Source: a virus
Lineage: Duplodnaviria > Caudoviricetes
IMG/VR virus record: IMGVR_UViG_3300028048_001169
Coordinates: 64,001 to 128,000 of that record
Length of the DNA: 64,000 bases
Direction: 5' to 3' (one strand)
In this document: one piece after another, positions 58,977 to 64,000 of the stretch
Position numbering within the stretch: the first letter of the stretch is position 1
Layout: every line of letters starts with the position of its first letter
Program-made: the position numbers and the translations under genes
Notes under the pieces: model-generated
What the model was told of the DNA's origin: nothing
Seen by the model: the letters and a program-made list of their open reading frames with translations, nothing else
The model's database searches: none

Positions 58977-59050
58977 TAGCGTAGTAATTCAATGATAGAA
59001 TACAAATCAATTTGATTTGAAATTATAGGTTTAATTCCTATACTACGCTA
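58977..59050 (+). pseudogene. tRNA-like cloverleaf with a non-canonical anticodon loop
   Basis: All four stems pair, but the loops lack the invariant GG, U33 and TTC. Confidence 0.55.
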
Positions 59051-59184
59051 TTAGAACCACACTCCTATGGTTCTAACTCCATCCAATTCTATGCTTGAGT
59101 AATAGATGTTTATATTCTGAGAGTATTTTTACTTAAATTTATGCTGTTTTCAGGTAAATTTTGAATTGACATCTATTACTCTAT

Positions 59185-59257
59185 GGGCCTATAACTCAGT
59201 TGGCAGAGTACATGATTTTTAATCATGATGTCTTGGGTTCGAATCCCAATGGGCTCA
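59185..59257 (+). tRNA. tRNA-Lys(TTT)
   Basis: CATGA-TTTTTAA-TCATG; GGTTCGAATCC. Confidence 0.9.
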
Positions 59258-59466
59258 GTTGGTTCTATTATATTCAGTTCTACTACACGTTTGATATTGC
59301 TTTTGTCGAAGTTATCCATAGTATTAAACGCTCCTTGATTTGCTTTGAATATAATAGAGCCTAAGAAAAGAAAACAGTGCCTATCCATACAAAATCCATC
59401 AAACTGTTTTCTTTTTTTCTGGACTAGGGGAATTTTGGTTGGTCCCCTTTGTTATTACCTCATACA

Positions 59467-59507
59467 TTTTTTATCTATAGGGATTGGTTACCCCTATAGA
59501 TAAAAAT
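59467..59507. terminator. long hairpin, probable terminator or processing site
   Basis: TTTTTATCTATAGGG/CCCTATAGATAAAAA. Confidence 0.6.
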
Positions 59508-59529
59508 ATGTCTTTTCTCTATATAGAAA

Positions 59530-59540
59530 ACATACTATTA
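59530..59540 (+). promoter_or_regulatory. late promoter ACAT-N5-TA inside a 14-bp inverted repeat
   Basis: (A)ACATactatTA lies in the loop between TTCTCTATATAGAA (59515-59528) and TTCTATATAGAGAA (59546-59559). Confidence 0.65.
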
Positions 59541-59574
59541 ATATATTCTATATAGAGAAGGAGGGTATATTCTA

Positions 59575-62500
59575 ATGGCTAATTTATTTGGAAATAATAA
59601 GCGTAAAACCCCAGATCGCTTTACCAAAATCAATGCATTAACTTATGCTCGTAATGTTGGTAAATCATTTGGTTATGCTTTTATTGACAATTTTAACAAC
59701 ATGGCTCCTACAACAGCAGCACTGTTGAAAGAGTCAAATGATTTAAAGAATGAGATGTTTGCAAATATCTCTAGCTTTAAATCTAAGGCAACTGATTTTG
59801 ATAAATCCGGTACAGCTAGTATTGTACTAGAAGGAGCCAAGGACTTCCGCAATAATTTAGTTGCAGATATTCGTAATGGTACTTGGTATAATAAACAAAG
59901 AATCGAAAAGGCTAATGATGAAATAGCAAGTGATGCTTTCGGTATTAGCTTAGATGACTTTGGTGATTTTGATAGTGATTTTGATTTCGATACAGGTGAT
60001 GATATGGACTTCGATACAGATGTAACTGTATCGGCAGAAGAAGCTAATGCTAAAGCAATATCTAGTGCTGTATCAGAAGCATCCCAAAGAGCAGCAGGTG
60101 CTGTTTCAATGGCAACTGCACAATCTGCAGAATATGTAGTAACTTCAAATAGAGCTAATACAAAGGCTTTATATAATGGCATGACTTCAGGATTTGGTAA
60201 GATCAATGTAGGTCTTGCTGCCATTAATACGAATATATCTGCTTTGATGGAGCTGGGCAAACCATTAACTGATCATATGCAGAATAGTTCCAAATTCTAT
60301 ATTGCTACTTCTCAATATCAAGAAAAGTCATTAGCATTATTGGAACAAATTGCAAAGAATACTACTCCTCCAGAAATTAAGCGTAAATCTGCTAAGAAAG
60401 GTACTACTATAAATGATCTTGTAACAGCTGATGGATTATTAGACATTAGTGCATACAAGGATTTTGTACAGACTCAGTTTAAGGACATGACTTCCATGTT
60501 TACTTCTAGTCTTGATATGATTGGCGGAGCTAAGAATGGTATGAAGATGCTTACAGCATCTCCAGGACAATTATTATTACCATTCTTAACTGGTCAGTTA
60601 TTTAATATACGTGGTAGCAAAACTAATCGTACATTAAAACAGGCTATATCTGGATTTGATAAAGCTTTATCTGGAATGGCTACTGGATTGATGGCAAAGG
60701 CTAAAGCAACAGACTTTAGTGGTATGGGAATGATTGGTGAACTCTTAAATGTATTAAGAGATAACTTTATTCCTAATTCTGGATTAAAGACTAAGATTAA
60801 TACTGGTAACTATGTAAAGGGTAGAGTTGATTGGACTGGTAAAGCAGATAAAGCATTACGAGAAGTAATTCCTACACAATTAGGAAAGATCTTATCTGCT
60901 ATTACTGGAGAACAAGCTAGAACCTTTGATTATGAAACTGGTAAATGGGTTCCTATCAAGGATATAGAGACAGATGCTCATAATCGTAAGATGAGAGCTG
61001 CTCGATCTGCAGGTGGAGATTTCTTTAGTGATATTAAATCATCAGTTAATAAGTCTAATATGACTAAAAAAGGTAAAGAAGCCTATAATGAGCAGGTAGA
61101 TGCTTTCTTAATGAAGATGATGATGAATGACAGTCAAGACTTCATTAAACTTACTGATGATAGATTCTGGAGAGAAAGAGGCTCTGAATATAAGGACGTT
61201 ATTTCCGAGAAAGTATTTAAAGATTTCCAGAAGAGGGCAAAGGCTGTTGCTAGACGTAATCCTGGTTCTAGAAGTGAGTTAGCTTCTAATTTCTATAGTG
61301 CTAGAGCATCTTATGGTAGAGGAACAGAGAATTCTGATAACTTAGAATATATGCTTCATAATGGATCTATGGATTTTGGTAATAAGCAATCTATGGGTCT
61401 TAGAAGATTAGATGAGTTTGATAAAGATAATTTGTTCTATCTCAGAGGTATCTATACTTATACTGGTTATCTTGCTAATAACTTTAAATACCTTATACCT
61501 GGAGTAGATACAGGTGGATTTAATAGTAATATGGTTGTATTGGAAGGATTCCCAGATCCTACAAAATCCAACAATAATATTGGTAAAGTTAATAATAGGG
61601 CTAAGAAGAAATCTGCTCCTAGAGGAAACATGAAGATGTCCTCTGATGTAGATGCAGATTTAGATGCTGTTTATAGATATAATGAAGATACCGATGAAGA
61701 TGCTTTCTTAGATTCTTTAGGTGATGAACTTAGAGAATATTATGAGAAATCTAAAAGAGGTGAAGTTGATAAAGATCCTACAAAGGATAATAAAATCGGT
61801 TTAGCTCGTAGTGCTTATAAGAGGAAGAATGATGTTCGAGGTAAGATAGGAAACGCTTATCGTAAGATAGCAGATTCTGATTCTAGAGCTGGAAAAATCT
61901 TATCAGCATTCGAGAATACATTGGATGTAACAACAGATAGTGTTAGTGATATGCTTGATAGTGTATCCAGAGGCATCAATGACTTTGTTTATGGTAAGCC
62001 AGGTCAAGAAAAGGGTACTTCTATTGCTGATACAGTAAAGACTGGATTACGGTCTATTACAGATGCATTGGTGGATAACGTTAAAGTATTCTTACCAGAT
62101 TTCGTTGTTGATTTTGCTACAAGTATTTGGAAATCTATCAATGAAAATGAGCATGTAAAGAACTTTAAAGAGAAAACTAAAGGTTCATTGAAGAATGTAG
62201 CTAAGTGGTTTGTTCCTCAAAAAGTAAGAGAGTTCTTTAGTGGTAAAGAAGAGGAACCTCAAGCAGAAGCAGAAGGTGCTAGTGGTTCTGGTTTATTCGG
62301 ATCATCTTTATTCAATACAGTATACGCTGCTCAGAATAGTATCTTTACTGGTTATGCTGGTGGCGCTAGTAGAAGAAATAGAAGCAATACAAAAACTAAT
62401 ACGAAGACTAAGAGTGAATATAATAACTCTAAGAAGAAAAATCGTAGAGGTAAACGTCAAAGCCGATCTGGTGCCAATAGATCAAAAGTAAATGCAGGTG

Positions 62501-64000
62501 CAGATGACGATGCAGCTGCCGCGGATGAGGTGATTGAAAGAGCCTCTGATAAGATTGCTAGATTTATGACAGATAAATTATCAGGATTTATCGCTGATCA
62601 TAATCCTAAGACTGAAAAAGAAACCATCCAGAATAATATCAATAAGATGCTGAAAGAAGCTGATATTGGTGCTATGGGTGCTGGTGCTGTTATTGGTGGT
62701 GGATTATCATTAGTAACAGGTGCTTTCTTAGGACCTATTGCTGCTGCTGGTGTTGGAGCTGCAATTGGATTTGTAACAAAGTCCAATACTGCTCAAGAAT
62801 TACTCTTTGGTAAATTAACCACTGATGAAGATGGTAACGTTAGTCGTGAAGGTGGAATTGTAAAGAAAGATCTTGCCAATTTCATAACGAAAAATGTACC
62901 TTCTATGGCTAAAGGAGGCGGAATTGGTGCAGTAGCAGGAACATTCTTAGGATCACCATTACTCGGATCTATCGTTGGTGCTGGTATTGGATTCGTTAGT
63001 TCTTCAGAGAATGCTAAGAAGACATTATTCGGTGACTTAGTAGAAGAAGTAGATGAGAATGGTAATACACATAAAGTAAGAGCCGGTGGTCTTGTATCTA
63101 AGAAGATTCAAGATATGGTTAAGAAAGGTGCCTTTGGAGCTTCAGCTGGAGCTGCTGCTGGATTATTAATAGGACCATTTGGACCTGTTGGTAACTTAAT
63201 GGTTGGTTCTGCTCTTGGATTTGCATCTACAACAGATAAATTCCAGAAATGGTTCTTTGGTGATAAAGATGAAAATGGTAAGTTCAAATTCGGTAAAGGT
63301 GGTTTCTCTGAAAAGATCCGAAAAGAAATGTTTGAGCCTATCGTTGGTATCTTTGATAAGCTTAGTAAGAGAATTACAGAACAGATCAAAGAATTAGGCC
63401 ATACATTTAAGAAGTGGTTAAAGCAATTTATTCTTAAGAAAGTACTTGGTGGATTAGCTACTTGGATCTTTGGTAAAGCAAAGATTGGTAGAGCAATTGC
63501 TAGTGCTGGTAAAAAAGTTGCTACTGGTGCATGGAATATTATTACTAAGCCAGGACAGATGATTAATAATGCTCTTGAAAGAGGTAACCTTGCAAAGGGT
63601 TATGGTATTGAAAATACAACATCTGTAGAACGTAACTTAATGCGTGCTGGTTTTAGAGTTCAAGAAGATGGTACCGTTGTAGATCGTAATGGTAACTTAG
63701 CATTCAACAGTATTCAAGAAGCAGCTCAATCTGGTATAGCAGCGCATGGAAAAGCTGCCAATACAATGGGTGCTAGAATTGATACAGCATTACAGTTATT
63801 CACTGATCCGGAAGAAGCAACGAAACTTAGAACTCTTCTTGGTCAAGCTAATAGTGATGAACAAGCTCAGTTATCAGCTCGTATCAAAGGATCTACTGAT
63901 CTTTATGGTCAATTATTCAAGATTCAGCGAGAAGATGACAATAAAGCAAAAGCTGCTAGTAATTTACAGAAGTTATTTGCTAATGGTAGAATCAAAGGTA
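59575..64000 (+). CDS. giant tape-measure-like virion protein, 3'-truncated by the window edge (absent from the ORF track)
   Basis: AAGGAGG RBS; MANLFGNNKRK frame appears open to the window end; KALREVIPTQLGKIL motif as in phiKZ-like tape-measure proteins; G/A-rich hydrophobic GAxxG repeats at ~62.7-63.2 kb. Confidence 0.75.
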   Translation, partial: MANLFGNNKRKTPDRFTKINALTYARNVGKSFGYAFIDNFNNMAPTTAALLKESNDLKNEMFANISSFKSKATDFDKSGTASIVLEGAKDFRNNLVADIRNGTWYNKQRIEKANDEIASDAFGISLDDFGDFDSDFDFDTGDDMDFDTDVTVSAEEANAKAISSAVSEASQRAAGAVSMATAQSAEYVVTSNRANTKALYNGMTSGFGKINVGLAAINTNISALMELGKPLTDHMQNSSKFYIATSQYQEKSLALLEQIAKNTTPPEIKRKSAKKGTTINDLVTADGLLDISAYKDFVQTQFKDMTSMFTSSLDMIGGAKNGMKMLTASPGQLLLPFLTGQLFNIRGSKTNRTLKQAISGFDKALSGMATGLMAKAKATDFSGMGMIGELLNVLRDNFIPNSGLKTKINTGNYVKGRVDWTGKADKALREVIPTQLGKILSAITGEQARTFDYETGKWVPIKDIETDAHNRKMRAARSAGGDFFSDIKSSVNKSNMTKKGKEAYNEQVDAFLMKMMMNDSQDFIKLTDDRFWRERGSEYKDVISEKVFKDFQKRAKAVARRNPGSRSELASNFYSARASYGRGTENSDNLEYMLHNGSMDFGNKQSMGLRRLDEFDKDNLFYLRGIYTYTGYLANNFKYLIPGVDTGGFNSNMVVLEGFPDPTKSNNNIGKVNNRAKKKSAPRGNMKMSSDVDADLDAVYRYNEDTDEDAFLDSLGDELREYYEKSKRGEVDKDPTKDNKIGLARSAYKRKNDVRGKIGNAYRKIADSDSRAGKILSAFENTLDVTTDSVSDMLDSVSRGINDFVYGKPGQEKGTSIADTVKTGLRSITDALVDNVKVFLPDFVVDFATSIWKSINENEHVKNFKEKTKGSLKNVAKWFVPQKVREFFSGKEEEPQAEAEGASGSGLFGSSLFNTVYAAQNSIFTGYAGGASRRNRSNTKTNTKTKSEYNNSKKKNRRGKRQSRSGANRSKVNAGADDDAAAADEVIERASDKIARFMTDKLSGFIADHNPKTEKETIQNNINKMLKEADIGAMGAGAVIGGGLSLVTGAFLGPIAAAGVGAAIGFVTKSNTAQELLFGKLTTDEDGNVSREGGIVKKDLANFITKNVPSMAKGGGIGAVAGTFLGSPLLGSIVGAGIGFVSSSENAKKTLFGDLVEEVDENGNTHKVRAGGLVSKKIQDMVKKGAFGASAGAAAGLLIGPFGPVGNLMVGSALGFASTTDKFQKWFFGDKDENGKFKFGKGGFSEKIRKEMFEPIVGIFDKLSKRITEQIKELGHTFKKWLKQFILKKVLGGLATWIFGKAKIGRAIASAGKKVATGAWNIITKPGQMINNALERGNLAKGYGIENTTSVERNLMRAGFRVQEDGTVVDRNGNLAFNSIQEAAQSGIAAHGKAANTMGARIDTALQLFTDPEEATKLRTLLGQANSDEQAQLSARIKGSTDLYGQLFKIQREDDNKAKAASNLQKLFANGRIKG

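Noticed and set aside
58459-59388. ORFs 58459-58722, 58817-59005 and 59176-59388
   Set aside because: They overlap tRNA genes; shadow ORFs
59673-63397. Short ORFs listed in the last 4.4 kb
   Set aside because: Antisense or out-of-frame shadows of the long + strand gene starting at 59575
1-64000. Chimallin or tubulin (phage nucleus), integrase, reverse transcriptase/DGR, recognisable anti-CRISPR genes
   Set aside because: No supporting motifs recognised in this window; absence from the rest of the genome cannot be judged

Overview
AT-rich 64-kb segment of a jumbo myophage of the phiKZ/AR9(PBS1)-like type. The host is probably a Firmicute, judging from strong AGGAGG Shine-Dalgarno sites, a Firmicute-type tRNA-Ile2 and a YdbC/PC4 gene. 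It carries four split pieces of two phage multisubunit RNA polymerases and the exonuclease plus motif-A half of a split family-B DNA polymerase. Other replication genes are a type IIA topoisomerase (gyrB interrupted by two group I introns, one with a GIY-YIG endonuclease; gyrA intact), a Dda-like helicase, UvsX/RecA, an NAD-dependent ligase and SbcC/Rad50. Structural genes are a T4-type portal, tail sheath and tube, and the start of a giant tape-measure-like gene that the ORF track misses. A five-tRNA cluster is present. Two phage promoter classes can be read directly: TCATATATTAT (11 exact copies, all + strand) and ACAT-N5-TA (15 copies before late or middle genes and RNAs). The least explained signals are a fixed-geometry ~70-bp dyad-symmetric site hidden inside three unrelated coding sequences, a candidate replication origin at ~20.3-20.7 kb, and several structured non-coding RNAs, including a promoter- and terminator-bounded sRNA that may target a phage RBS. 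All protein calls come from motif recognition by eye; no database search was run.
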